A program made the translations under genes and the position numbers. DNA of 63,594 nucleotides, counting the filler, from Ministeria vibrans ATCC 50519 (Eukaryota; Protista; Filasterea), in assembly GCA_943704425.1 (NCBI GenBank). It is 8 parts of 8 records of this genome, joined end to end, with 100 filler letters (N's around TTAATTAATTAA, not from the genome) between each part and the next. Parts side by side here need not be neighbours in the genome. Positions count along the whole stretch, not along the records: positions 1 to 16,826 come from CALSCP010001877.1; positions 16,927 to 30,906 come from CALSCP010001064.1; 6 more parts are not named here. One strand, given 5' to 3'. The notes under the pieces were generated by a model. That model had not been told where the DNA came from. It ran no database searches and was given only the letters and a program-made list of their open reading frames with translations. Each line of letters opens with the position of its first letter. Position 1 is the stretch's first letter. Shown one piece after another: positions 1 to 20,044 of this stretch.

Positions 1-66
<66 letters not shown>

Positions 67-170
67 AGTGATAGAGAGAAAAAAAAGATGGAGAAAGAAA
101 TAAAGTGATGGAGAGATACAAAGTAAGAGTGAGCTTGAGAAGAAGGACACGACTTTGGTGTGTAGCTTAC

Positions 171-485
171 GACAACGTTTGCTCGGGAGGATTCGGCGAG
201 CCGGCTCACCAGCGCCGCCTTGTCACAGGCAAGACACGTGTCCTTGGTGGCAGCTAGAATGGCTTTGAGGCGGTCTCGCGTGAGCGCCTGGAGACACTGG
301 ACGAGCATTGGGTTGGGCAGCTCGTCGAGCGTTGTCGGGAAAAGACGGATGATTTCCTCGCTGGCCACGTCCGTCAGCCCTTTGCACAGGTGGCTGGGTC
401 CACACACGTGTCTCATGGCATAGCAGAGGGCGTCGGAGGACACCCTTGACGCGGCTTCTCGCGCTTCACGTTTGGCCCCGAGCAT
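171..485 (-). CDS. First exon of an unidentified protein (3'-partial; gene runs off the window start)
   Basis: ATG at 485 opens 105 stop-free codons (MLGAKREAREAASRVSSDALCYAMRHVCGP...ESSRANVV) ending at a GTAAG donor at 170. It lies head-to-head with UPF3. No family recognised. Confidence 0.45.
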
Positions 486-704
486 TTCTCTTACATCTTC
501 GCTTGTTGCCTCGCGCAACGAGTGTGATAGCGTACACAGTACAAGTACAAGGCCAAGCACAACAAGAACTTTCATGTTGCGAAAGAAAGAAACTAGAAGA
601 GAAGAAGAAGAAGACAAGAACGAAACTAAAATTCAATGAAATGTGAAAATAATGTCTAATCTATCACTCAAATGACAAAATAATCAGACATATTTTTCAG
701 TTCC

Positions 705-2803
<2,099 letters not shown>

Positions 2804-2836
2804 TATATTGAACTTCAATTTAGACCGAACTGCTTT

Positions 2837-2879
<43 letters not shown>

Positions 2880-2984
2880 GAGAAACGCCCAGAGGCACAC
2901 TCGTCGTAAAAAATATGACAAAAGCAGCAAAGACCAAAAAGAAAGGCAAAAAAGACAGACAGAGAAAATAAGAACAAAGAAGAG

Positions 2985-4575
2985 CTAGAGAAGAGACTCG
3001 TTGACGTTGACGCGAGTCCCATCGAGAAGCATAACACTGGTACGGCGGCGCTTGAAAACAAGCTGTTCGTTGAGGTTGCGGACGACAAGCAGCTGCGTAC
3101 GCAGACGACGCAGACCGCGCACCCATAAGGCACGACCGCGCGACACCTAAAATGATAAACCAGCGTGCGTGTGTGTGTTAGTTGATCAATTTTGTGAGAA
3201 GTTTTTTTTTTTGAAAATGTTACGGGTGGCTCGTCGACAGGCTCTGATCCAAAGCGAGCGCGAAGAGGGATCCATGCCTTGGGCATGAGACGCAACAGGA
3301 AACCAATGACGAGCTGGAGGAAGCCCAGGACAATACAGACGAGCCATTGGATGCCGTTGAGGCCATTGCTGTTGCAGTGGAATGGGCGGTTACCAAACTC
3401 AGTCAAAAGAATCTAAACACAACGATAGAAAGAGGGGAAGAAGAAAGGAAAACGAGGGTCAGAGAGACAAGAGCATAAGATCAGTTGCGTCACGTCATTC
3501 ACGCAGAGTGTCGAACGAGAATAATAAGAAAGAGTATGTAGGTACCTGTGCCACAAACTCGCCAACGAGAATACCCACAAAGATCCAGTTGTTAAAGAAG
3601 TTCTCAAAGACATTCAGTTCATCGTGAATCTTGCGCGCATTGATCTGGTTGAAGATGGTCATGATGACAAAGGCTGTAAAGACGATGGTGTAGTGCACAG
3701 AGGGGTCTTCGCCGCCGTCCTGGTTGCGTCCGCTGGGAACATTGAAGATCTTGTCGCCCGCAAACACAAGCACAAGCATGACAATAAGTTGGAACAAACC
3801 CACGCCAACAATCATACGCATCATGCGACGCGACACCAGTGCTTTGTTGCGGCCATCTAAATGAAAAGAATAAAGATGAGAGAAGCGCGAAAGAACAAAA
3901 CGGAAGAAAGACTGGATACGAAAAAAAAATACGATGAACAAAGACAAAGAGAAAGAACAAGAACGAGAAACACAAAAAAACAGCACAACAGAAATAAATA
4001 CATAAAATAATTAAAAATCATAAAAAAACAAGACGGCATAGAATATACAAAAGATCTTACAAGGTTTGCGCTTAAGAAGTTGGTCGCTCGGGGGCTCAGT
4101 GGCAAGGGCGAGAGAGGCAAATGAGTCCATGATGAGGTTAATCCAGAGGAGCTGCACAGCGGTGATAGGAGACTCGCTGATGGCCACCGCGCCAATCATG
4201 GCAACGAGAATGGCCACAAGGTTGACGGTGAGCTGGAACTGAAGGAACTTGGCAATGCTGTCGTAAACATTGCGACCCCACTTGACCGCCTTGACAATCG
4301 ACTCAAAGTTGTCGTCCATCAAAATAATGTCTGACGCCTCCTTGGCCACGGGTGTGCCTGAGTTCATGGCAAAGCCTACATCGGCTCGCTTCAGTGCAGG
4401 TCCGTCGTTGGTGCCGTCACCCGTCACAGCCACCACCTGTCGGTTGCGGTGCAACTTTGAGGCAATCAGTCCGCTCACAAGCGTAAATTTGTCCTACAAA
4501 AGTACAAAGAAAAACAATTAACGAGCTATTAACGAGCTGTTCCCACACACACACACACAAAAAATTACAAAAGAA

Positions 4576-4610
<35 letters not shown>

Positions 4611-7484
4611 ATGTTTACCCTAGGTGAGGAGCGCGCAAGCACACGCAAGTCTTCCCAAATCTTGTCAAACTCGTCTTGACGCAAATTGCCATTGGCATCG
4701 AGCACACGACGACGGAATTCGGGTCCTTCCATCACAATGTGGTTGCCATGCGGGTTGTACAGACCGCACTAAACCAGAAAAAAAAAGAATTAGAAACAAT
4801 AGATAAATAAAACACATATACCTTGATTGAGATTGCACGGGCGGTGACAACATTGTCACCGGTGACCATGCGTACAACAATTCCAGCACGCTGACAGGCG
4901 GCAATGGCCTCGGGAACCTCAGGACGAACGGGGTCTTCAATGCCCACAATGCACATGCACGTCAGGTCCGACTCGAGCTGCTCAGGAGTCATCTTCTCAA
5001 AGTCAAGATCATCGTCATACTCACGATAGGCGAGGCAGAGCGTACGCAGAGCGTCCTCGGCAAACTTGTTGATGACAGACGAGTTGACGTTGGACTTTTC
5101 CTCGTCCGAGAAGGGACGCACAACTCCCTTCTCGCCAATGGTCGTGGTACAGAGACCCAGGATGATCTCGCTGGCACCCTTAACGTAGAGACTGACCTTG
5201 CCGGGACGGTTGGGGTCGCGCACGAGCACACTCATGCGCTTGCGAGCCGACGAGAAGGTGTTAAGACGCAGCGTCTTGACACGGTCACGGATGGGACGGT
5301 AAGGAAAGCCACCAAAGTCGCCAGTGTACGTAAGCAGGGCACACTCCGTCTTGTTGCCGGTGTGTTCGGGGAGACCGCCAGCGGTGCGCGCCGGCAAAAT
5401 TTCTGAGGTGCTGTTGACGGCAACGGCGTCGCCGAAGAGCTCCTTGGTGGTGGAATCGATGTTAGTGAAGGCGTCCTTGGCAAGGGTGTACGTGTGCCCC
5501 TCGATCCAGCACTGCATCACCGTCATTCGGTTGGTTGTGAGCGTGCCTGTCTTGTCCGAACAAATGGTCGTGGCGTTGCCCATGGTCTCACACGCGTTGA
5601 GGTGGCGCACCAGGTTGTTGTCGATGAGCATTTTCTTGACGGAGAAGGCAAGGGACAGGGTGACGGCGAGCGGGAGACCCTCGGGAATGGCGACCACAAG
5701 AATGGTAATGCCGACAATGAAGAAGCGCAAGTAGTCGTTGATGTAGCTCTTTTGCCACGACTCGCCGTCGACGGCAAACGTCTCTACGCTGAACCGGATG
5801 ACCATGACGATAAAGGCAATGACCGCCACCGCAAGACCCGCATAGCCAATTTGCACGGCGAGCTTCTCCAGCTTGCCCTGCAACACCGACTTGTTGTCAC
5901 CGCTGTCGCTCAGATCCGTCACATTCTCGTTCTTCTCTTCGTTCGCCACCAGACTCGCCGACAAATCGTCGCTCGAGCCTGCGGCGCCCGACGGACCATC
6001 GAGAGAGGTCGACTCCTCCTGCAGACGCACAGCAAGGTCTTGCATTTCCATGGCCTCGTCGTTGCTTGCAACCGCCACTCCCTTCTTGTGCGTCTTGGAA
6101 CCCTTGGTTGCCTTGCGCTCATCCTCCTTGGCCTTGTCGCGCAGACCCAGAATGAGTCCCTTGATGATGCCCGCCTGCGAGTTGAGACCCACTGCGACCA
6201 CCAACATCTTCGCTTTGCCCTCCATCACGGTCGTGCCCGAGAACAAAAAGGGCGACTCGCCCTCCTTCTTCTTCATCAAGTCCGATTCGCCAGTCATACT
6301 ATTATCAGGAACACCAAAGTCAATAAAGTCAGTGCGCAGCAAAGTCAGAAAGAGTAACAAAGACACGAAACAGAGCACCACTACTCCCAGGCGATACACC
6401 AACACGAAGCGAAGGAAACAATACATAAAATAAAATAACAATTCTCTTACGCAGCCTCGTCCATGCGCACATCCGAGTCCTCAAAGATGACACCGTCAGC
6501 CGTGAGAATGTCTCCAGTCTCAATGCGAACAATGTCGCCGACCATGACGTCGTGCGTGCTAATTTCAACAGGCTCATCGTTGCGAATGGCCTTGATCAGT
6601 TCGTCCTCCTTGACCGCGTTCAGTTTGCGGAATTGAGTCTCCTAATCCACATACAATACAAGGCACAGCATGAGACATGAAGATGCACAGTACACAGTTT
6701 TATGAACCTTTTGGTAATCGTTGACAGCGGCGACAATCGTGACGACGGCGACTGCAACGAGAATGGCAGCGCCTTCAATCCAGTCGACGTCAGGATGCTC
6801 ACCCACAGTCACACTAAAGCCAATGAGTTAAACAACTGGAATTACTCAACAGTGATCAAGTCGTACCCGAGAATGAGAGAAATAACGCCGGCAATGAGAA
6901 GGATGACCAATGTCAAATCATGGAGAGCCTCCCACATGAGCATGAGCAGGCCCTTTTGCTTCTGTTGTGTTGGAATGAAGAATGTCAAAAAAAGGAGACA
7001 ACAAAAAAAAAAAAAAAAAAAAGTCTCTCGATGTCGCGATCTCGGAAATGGCGGTTGCAGGGCGGATGAAAGGCACGATGGCATTCTCCGGCTGCGCTGA
7101 TTGCATACGCAGGGAAAAGGCGACGCGAGAGACGCCACACATCGCCAGCGTCTCCGATCGGAAGCAATTATCAGAGGTTTGATAAGGCATCGGGACACAG
7201 CGGCCAAGACGCACCATCGCGCACCACCCTGGCGGCGCCAGTACACAGGCGTCCGCAATGGAAACGCATCGATGAGTAAAACGGAAGCGAAAACGCGCTC
7301 GTATCGGGCGTGAGCGCGACAGGGGGTAGAGAAAAAAAAAAAAAAGGGGGTTCGCTTGATGTGTTGTTGATGCAAAGTGAAAAAGGACAGCGGATGGGCC
7401 AAGGACGATGGCATGGCCCATTCATCGAGAACAGGTGACTAATAGCAGGAAGGCAACAGGTGGAAAACCAGCAAGAGACGTTTT

Positions 7485-7516
<32 letters not shown>

Positions 7517-7779
7517 CCTCTTTGTGTTCTCTCTCTGACCTGCGGTGGCACAAAATTGCTGCCAAAGTAGGCGCGACGCGCGTCCAGGTCGGCCTGGTTT
7601 GCTTGATCGAGGCCCCGCTGCAGGTCGACGCCCAGGCGACGCGCAACGCCGGCAACTCCGCCCCATTCGTCGCGCAGAGCGGTTGCTCCGTCCTCCTTGG
7701 GCATTTCGACGAGATCTCTCAACGCCTCGATGGTCGCATCGAAGCGACTGCTGTCTAGACCCTCTTCGATATCAGCCAT
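2985..7779 (-). CDS. ATP2B: Plasma-membrane Ca2+-ATPase (PMCA, P2B-type), multi-exon
   Basis: [21 protein letters not shown], phosphorylation motif [32 protein letters not shown], and [10 protein letters not shown]. The last exon (2985-3146) encodes a CaM-binding-like helix [20 protein letters not shown]. Confidence 0.96.
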
Positions 7780-8092
7780 GACGACAGATACACGTTGACA
7801 GAGGAAAAAGAGTGTAGTCATTTGTCAATAGTCATGACTTGAGTTATGAGTTGATGAGTGTCAAGTGTCATCACTTATCAACGAGGGAAAATATTGGGCA
7901 ATCGTGTTGCAATCGATGCACAATTATCTCTTCATCGTGTCATTTCTTTTCATTCACTCTTGAGTCTTTGGAAGTTGAGAGACGAATGAGAGCAAAGTTT
8001 TTGTTTCATTTAACCCCTAGGTCGAGTAGGTCGTCGATTGTGCGTTCAGATACCTCCGAGTGATTTGCGAGGAAAAGAGAAAAAGAAATCTC

Positions 8093-9760
8093 TTATGGTA
8101 TACTTAAATTGTGAGACACCAATCCACGGTAGATTATAGAATCAATTTGAGAGCTGCTGAGGGCAGAGCTGTAGCGGTTTGCGACGACAAGGAAGCTCTG
8201 GGTGTTGGCAGTGAAGAAGGCAAAGTCGTTGGCGCCCGAGGTGGCGATCCGTTCACTCAGGGTGAAGAAGCGCTGAAGAGGGTCGAAACGGAAGATGAAG
8301 GAGTCGGTGTCGGATGAGCTGCCTGAGTAGCTGTTTGCAACGGCAAAGTAAGAGTAGCCGCCGTAGGAGAAAGGCTCAATGTTGCTTGCGCCGAACGTGT
8401 TGATTTCCTGGAACGACTCAAATTGGTCCGTCCGAGGATTGAACAAGAGGACCTGGCTTTTGATGGCATACGTATTGCCGTCATACATATTGGCAATGAC
8501 CGCAAACAGATCGGAGCCAATGAGAAAGGGCTGGAAGTCGCGTGCGCCTTTCGTTGCAATGTGCTGCTGGGTCTCAAAGCGTTGCGTAAGGCGATTGAAA
8601 CGGAAGATGGCTGCGTTTGTGTTGTAGCTGCTGCCATCTCGTACATTGGCAACGAAAAGATTGTGGGTACCGTTGATCTGGTAGTGGTGGACGCTCTCGG
8701 CGCCGGACGTGGTCAAGGTCTGAAACGGAGCAAAGGTGTCGGTTGAAGGATTAAAGGTGAAGATTGGCGAATCGGCGATAAAGTTGCCGGCGGACGTGAG
8801 AAGTGACACGACAGCCAAGTATTGCGTGTTTCCCATGGTGAAGAAGGTGCTGGCACGCGGCGCCACAACTGGCACGGACCGCTGTAGGTGAAACAGATTG
8901 TCGAAGGAGCTCCACTTGTAAAGGTCCACTGTCTGGTTAAAGTTGTTGCCGTTGAGTGTGTTGCAAATGGCCAGATAGTGACTGCCGCCCGCCGTGAAAT
9001 ACTCGATGTCGTTCGCGCCGCGCGTCGGAAAGGATTGCACCACCTCCGTTTCGCCCAGACCCAGCCAGCGATACAAGACGGATTGAGCTTCGTTTGAGTT
9101 TGCGGTGTTCTGGAAATTTGCCACGGCCAGAAAGTGGTTGCCGTTGATCTCAAAAGCCTCCCAGTCATGAGCGTCAGACGTGAGCAGCGACTGACTCGGC
9201 ACAAAGGTGTACGTTTCGCTGCAGGTCGCACCGACAAAGGTGTCTGCACACACACAAGTGAACGTGTCGGCGCCACTGCTGCTACACACACCATTGTTTG
9301 CGCAGGGCGACGAAGCACATGCCGAGCATGAAAGACATCCATTGAGACGGCTCTCGAGTGCCGCCAGTCTTTCCGTAGCCTATGTACAGTGACATGTTTT
9401 GAACATGTTTTTTCCTTTTTCTTTCCGCTTCCTCTCTACCTCTTGTTGAAAGGCAAGGAGCTGTCGGAGAGTGTCAGCAGTGAGCGTGACGTCTCCCACG
9501 CGAATGCTTGAGGCGGACACGGCAACGGTGTCGTTGATGGACGCGAGCGCGGACGACGACGACGAGGAGGAAGAGGAGGAGGAGGAGGAGGAGGAGGAGG
9601 AGGAGGACGAGTCCAAAGGGGTGAACAGCATGGAGTCGACGCGCACTACGATGGTTCCGTTGTCCCGTGAGAGAACCGGCGCGCCGTCGGGCCAAGCACC
9701 CTCGACAAAAGTGAGTGCAACGGTGCTCAAAGCGAAGAAGAGAGCCACCGCCGATTTCAT
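8093..9760 (-). CDS. Secreted protein (535 aa): signal peptide, cubilin-N-like/coiled-coil region, EGF domain, seven EAR/EPTP repeats
   Basis: Exons 9440-9760 and 8093-9379 with a phase-0 GT-AG intron. Hydrophobic signal MKSAVALFFALSTVALTFVEGA; EGF CASSPCANNGVC...FTCVC...FVGATC; seven repeats of F..Q.(L/I).T.GA.D.E.F.I.G..(F/Y)LA(V/I)AN. Confidence 0.85.
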
Positions 9761-9900
9761 GCGACCAGAGAGAGAGAGACCAACGAAAGAACACTGAATT
9801 TTAAAGAATATAAAAGACTCAGCATAGTAATATTATTAATCATTTACAATCCCAATCAAAATAATATTATAATTAACAAATTCACATATTTTTGTTTGCA

Positions 9901-11545
9901 ATGTTCCTGACCCGCAGTGAATACGATCGAGGAGTGAACACCTTCTCGCCCGAAGGCCGGCTGTTTCAAGTGGAGTATGCCATTGAGGCGATCAAACTTG
10001 GCTCCACTGCCATTGGCATACAGACTCCCGCTGGCGTACTGCTCGCTGTTGAAAAGAGAATCACATCACCTCTGTTGGATGCGTCGAGCATTGAAAAGGT
10101 GCCTTGCCGTCCGTCAACGCGACGAGTTTCTTTTTTTTTTTTTTTTTTTTTTCTGTTCTGGTNNNNNNNNNNAGTGCAAGAATTTGTTGAATTGTGTCGA
10201 GTGCGCGACACTTTTCCTGTTCTGGTTCACTTTTTCTCTCAGCGCACAGAGACTACACCATGCACGCGCGCATCATGGAGTGGCGTGTGGTGTTGACCTT
10301 TCTACAGCACGTAGCCGCTCTCTACTGCGTCCCATCTGTGTGATGAGTCGTTCATTCGTGGTTTGTTCGTGAAGCAGTCGCGAAACATTTCGCCCAAGCT
10401 CCTTTCCCTGTTTGACAATGTGCTTCCCAGCTCGCCCCACATGGGTTCGAGCTGGCATGTGAACGTGTGTGATAACACGTATTATTCGTGTGGGTGTTTA
10501 ATCTTCTTTTGTTGAATGTTTTTGAACATATTAGTTCGAGTGTTAATCTCGTTGTGTTATATGTTTTGTATGTTTTATGTTTTTTTTCCCCCCGAAAGCA
10601 AAGCATATTCTGCGATCAGGCTGTAACCCTCCGAATTGACTTGGGTTGTACGAGTGTGCCTTCTTATACTTTCTTCTCTTCGTTTTTTCTTTACAGGTTG
10701 TTAAAATTGACGATCATGTTATCGCTGCCATTTCCGGCTTGACTGCTGACGCGCGCACCATGATTGACCACGCACGAGTGGAAGGTATGCGAGCTACAAA
10801 AACAAAAAAAAAGAAACACATTCCCAGTGTATGTTGTGTGTTCAGTTCGTTTCTTCTTTCCTCTTTTGTAGCTGCCAGTCACTGGTTTATGTACAACGAA
10901 CAGATTGGCATTGAGTCGCTGACTCAGTCTGTCTGTGATCTGGCACTACGCTTCGGCGAAGACCGCGGCGACAACGATGACGATGACGATGGTGATGGTG
11001 TGATGAGCCGACCTTTTGGAGTTGCTCTCTTGTTAGCGGTAAAAAAAGAAAGAAAAATTGAAAAGAAAGATGAATGTGGAAAAGGATATCAAGGGTAGGT
11101 TTTTATGATGGTGCATGTCTGTGTAGGGAATTGACGAGAATGGCCCTCTCTTGTATCATGCGGACCCGTCGGGGACATTCATCCGATACGCGGCCAAGGC
11201 TATTGGATCTGGCTCGGAGGGTGCACAGACGAGTCTGCAGGATGCGTACCACGCTGAGATGACACTCGAAGAGGCTGAGGTACCCACACTTCAGTCACAC
11301 TCGACTGTCGACGGTTAAACTTTTTTTTCTCTTCTCTCTCTGTATCACTTTGTTTCTTCTTCTCTATCACTTTGTTTCTCCTACTCCTCTCTCGCGTTCT
11401 GTAGATTCTGGCGCTGACCACGCTTAAGCAAGTGATGGAGGAGAAGCTGAGCGCCACCAACATTGAGGTTGCGTCGGTGACGCGCGAACATGGCTATGTC
11501 GTCTACAAGGGCGACAAGCTCGACAAGATTATTGCCGATTTGTAG
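9901..11545 (+). CDS. PSMA5: 20S proteasome subunit alpha type-5, multi-exon
   Basis: [96 protein letters not shown]. Confidence 0.97.
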
Positions 11546-11675
11546 ACTCTATTATAAGTTTCCTTTTCTTTCTTCACAACCCGTTTCTCAACGGTTTTTT
11601 ATTATCATTTGACTTTCATGTATTCCTCTTGTTCTCCAAAAAAAAAAACTTCGAGTCTTTCGCTTCGCATTGCGC

Positions 11676-16375
<4,700 letters not shown>

Positions 16376-16526
16376 GCTGGTGTGAGGCTGGGTTGTCGAG
16401 AAACAGTCTAAAAATATGATTAATTGATTACTATCGAGATTTGGCTCCTTTGAGTGGAGTGTCCGAAACAAACTGAAAGTCTGAAGACTGAAACAGTTTG
16501 TTTTGTCCTTCCGTACTCCCACAGAC

Positions 16527-16779
16527 ATGATGATGCTCCGCCGCGTAATCTCGCCAGTCGCTGTCCAAGCGCGGGTCATGTCGACCAGCACGTCGGGCAT
16601 CCCCAGCGACCCGGAGACGCGTGAGAAACTCGCACGAATGCTGCGCGTCGATCAGAGCGGTGAACTCGGCGCAGACTACATCTATGCGGGGCAGCTACGC
16701 GTCCTGCGCGACACTGACGTTGGACCTACCATTCAACATATGTGGGACCAGGAGAAGCATCACCTAAACACCTTTAATG
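16527..16779 (+). CDS. COQ7: 5-demethoxyubiquinone hydroxylase COQ7/CLK-1, first exon (3'-partial at contig end)
   Basis: Arg/Ser-rich mitochondrial-type presequence, then [19 protein letters not shown]...[12 protein letters not shown] (di-iron ligands E and ExxH). Confidence 0.92.
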
Positions 16780-16826
16780 GTCCGATACAGAGCAGAACGC
16801 TTTTTTTTTTTTTTTTTTTTTTTTTT

Positions 16827-16926
16827 NNNNNNNNNNNNNNNNNNNNNNNNNNNNNNNNNNNNNNNNNNNNTTAATTAATTAANNNNNNNNNNNNNNNNNN
16901 NNNNNNNNNNNNNNNNNNNNNNNNNN
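16827..16926. other. Artificial contig-join linker N44-TTAATTAATTAA-N44 (one of seven; the other 12-mers are at 30951, 34688, 46017, 57674, 59420 and 61171)
   Basis: An identical 12-mer giving stops in all six frames is centred in 100-bp N blocks. Genes are truncated at these points. Confidence 0.95.
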
Positions 16927-16972
<46 letters not shown>

Positions 16973-17008
16973 GAGAGAGAGTGAGAGAGATGAGAATTAG
17001 TCTCATAC

Positions 17009-17245
17009 TTTTGACGGATGCGCAACCACCGAAACGTTTTGGCGCAGCTTTGGCTTGTCGACACGCGTCACTGTGATGGCCATGAGCGCCTCCTCCTTGG
17101 CTATTTGGGCTGCTTCAAGCTCGCGCAGAATTTCCTCTACATCCTTCTCCACAACTCCCTTTTTCGCAAGTGAATGCAGCAGCCGTGCCTCCTTGTCGGC
17201 GCCGCTAGCACCCTTGGCCTTCTTTCCTTTTCCCTTCTTGCCCAT
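17009..17245 (-). CDS. KLHDC4: Kelch domain-containing protein 4 (Kel3-like), first exon (3'-partial)
   Basis: MGKKGKGKKAKG...EKDVEEIL...KPKLRQNVSVVAHPSK resembles the KLHDC4 N-terminus (MGKKGKKEKK...EDLEALI...PSPRLNASLSVHPEK). Confidence 0.75.
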
Positions 17246-17389
17246 ATAAAAATCGAAGCACAAAGTATTAAAATAATTTTAACTTTTTATTCAGATATCA
17301 TATTGATCAGATGATAATTTCTTTTTAACATTTTATTCAGTATTCACTATAATCGTAGCTCCTTTACTTATCGCCTCGTCCCTTTTGCC

Positions 17390-18288
17390 ATGTCTGACTT
17401 GACAAAGGAAGTGCTGACAATTAGAAAACAAATCGAAAAATGCTCCGAAAACGTATGTTTTTGTCTTGGACGTTCTCATTGTCTCACTCGCGCGCGCGCT
17501 CTCTCTCTTGTGTAGGATGGAAGCCTAGCCTTGGACGTACTCAAGCGTCTTGATAAGATGGCCATCACGAAAGAGATTCTGGATGTAACGCGTCGAAACG
17601 TGTTTTTGGCATTTTTGACAGTGTTTCCGTAGAGTACGCGCGTAGGGCGATCCGTCAACGAGTTACGGAAGCGGTCAACAGTCGACACGGTTCAGAAGCA
17701 AGCAAAGGCAATGGTGAAGAAGTGGAAAGCGGTCATGGATGCCGCCACAGCTGCGCCCGCCAAGACAACAGCAGCCGCACAAGCACCGGCGAAATCCGCA
17801 GCGCCTGCACCCGCTGCAGCCCCATCACCCTCCTCAACCACCGCCCCGGTTGCATCGAAGCAACCTAAGGCAGGCAGTGGCGCGACAGTGGCAGCAGCAG
17901 TGTCGTCGTCTGGAACTGCACCAAAAATGACGGGACAGACGAATCGGGACAATATTCGAAAGAAGACCTTTGCTCTGTTGGGCGATGTCTCCGGGAATGC
18001 CGCTGAACTGGCCGCATCAATAGAGTCCGGTAAGACACTTTTGGAAGAGTGCCTTTTAGTCTCACCTGTTTGTGTGTGTTTGTGTGTATGTATATTTGTG
18101 TGCGTTTGTCAGAGTTCTTCAAAGAGTGCGGACAAAACTCAGCGGACGCACAATATGCAAAGAAAGTCCGTTCGCTCTTTCTCAATCTTCGTCAGAACCC
18201 TGAATTGCGCTCGTCTCTTCTTGAACATGTCATTTCGCCCGAACAACTTGCCAAAATGTCACCGGAGGTAAGTGAAACAGACATACCA

Positions 18289-18367
<79 letters not shown>

Positions 18368-19258
18368 NNNNNNNNNNNNNNNNNNNNNNNNNNNNNNNNN
18401 NNNNNNNNNNNNNNNNNNNNNNNNNNNNNNNNNNNNNNNNNNNNNNNNNNNNNNNNNNNNNNNNNNNNNNNNNNNNNNNNNNNNNNNNNNNNNNNNNNNN
18501 NNNNNNNNNNNNNNNNNNNNNNNNNNNNNNNNNNNNNNNNNNNNNNNNNNNNNNNNNNNNNNNNNNNNNNNNNNNNNNNNNNNNNNNNNNNNNNNNNNNN
18601 NNNNNNNNNNNNNNNNNNNNNNNNNNNNNNNNNNNNNNNNNNNNNNNNNNNNNNNNNNNNNNNNNNNNNNNNNNNNNNNNNNNNNNNNNNNNNNNNNNNN
18701 NNNNNNNNNNNNNNNNNNNNNNNNNNNNNNNNNNNNNNNNNNNNNNNNNNNNNNNNNNNNNNNNNNNNNNNNNNNNNNNNNNNNNNNNNNNNNNNNNNNN
18801 NNNNNNNNNNNNNNNNNNNNNNNNNNNNNNNNNNNNNNNNNNNNNNNNNNNNNNNNNNNNNNNNNNNNNNNNNNNNNNNNNNNNNNNNNNNNNNNNNNNN
18901 NNNNNNNNNNNNNNNNNNNNNNNNNNNNNNNNNNNNNNNNNNNNNNNNNNNNNNNNNNNNNNNNNNNNNNNNNNNNNNNNNNNNNNNNNNNNNNNNNNNN
19001 NNNNNNNNNNNNNNNNNNNNNNNNNNNNNNNNNNNNNNNNNNNNNNNNNNNNNNNNNNNNNNNNNNNNNNNNNNNNNNNNNNNNNNNNNNNNNNNNNNNN
19101 NNNNNNNNNNNNNNNNNNNNNNNNNNNNNNNNNNNNNNNNNNNNNNNNNNNNNNNNNNNNNNNNNNNNNNNNNNNNNNNNNNNNNNNNNNNNNNNNNNNN
19201 NNNNNNNNNNNNNNNNNNNNNNNNNNNNNNNNNNNGATAGATAGATAGATAGAGAGGG

Positions 19259-19345
<87 letters not shown>

Positions 19346-19952
19346 GGGAGAAAGAAACTAAGTGATAGAAAGAGAGAGAGGAGAGAAAGAAGCAAAGTGA
19401 GAGAGAGGGAAAGGAGAAAGATACAAAGTGAGAGAGGATACTAATCGAGAGAGAGAGGGGATCGATAGAATGAAACGAAGTGAGAGAGAAAGAAATTGAT
19501 GTAGAGATAGGAGGAGTGCCTCACCTAAAAAGGGGAATGTGACATAGGAAATGGCACCTGCGTCGGTGCATGATCAGATGGAGGAATTGAAGAAACAGGC
19601 TATTTTTAAGACACTTGCAAAGAGGGTAAATGCGAGAGAGCGTAGAATTTCCTTTCACCTTCTCACTCACTCACCCACTCTCTGTGCATCTCTGCTTTAG
19701 CCGCAAGATGCCATTACGACGACGCAGTTCCGGTGTGGTCGCTGCAATAAGAACCGGTGCACCTACTTCCAAATGCAGACGCGCAGTGCCGATGAGCCCA
19801 TGACAACGTACGCTCTGAAGATGTCCCGTCTCACTTTCCCCCCTCGTTTCTCCTTAACTCTTTCTTTTTTTTTTTCTTTTCTTTTCTCTTTCGCTTTTCT
19901 TTGTAGCTTTGTAACCTGTCTTGAGTGTAACAACAGCTGGAAGTTTTGTTGA
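17390..19952 (+). CDS. TCEA1: Transcription elongation factor TFIIS, multi-exon (one intron contains an N gap)
   Basis: N-terminal domain (LDVLKRL...[12 protein letters not shown]...AKAMVKKWK), central [15 protein letters not shown], and Zn ribbon FRCGRC...[29 protein letters not shown]. Confidence 0.96.
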
Positions 19953-20044
19953 GTGTGTCAAAATGAAAAAACAAAAACAAAAATAAACTTATTTTATCTA
20001 ATTCACTCGAGTGTCGACACTCGACAGTCGACACATTTTTCCCC

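Noticed and set aside
5494-6433. Long antisense ORFs over PMCA (similarly over EFL1, NUP155, the 1487-aa gene and PNUTS)
   Set aside because: These are shadow ORFs expected from GC-rich codon usage and show no recognisable motifs.
18049-19395. Long 322-399-aa ORFs
   Set aside because: They consist of (GA)n and an N gap inside a TFIIS intron.
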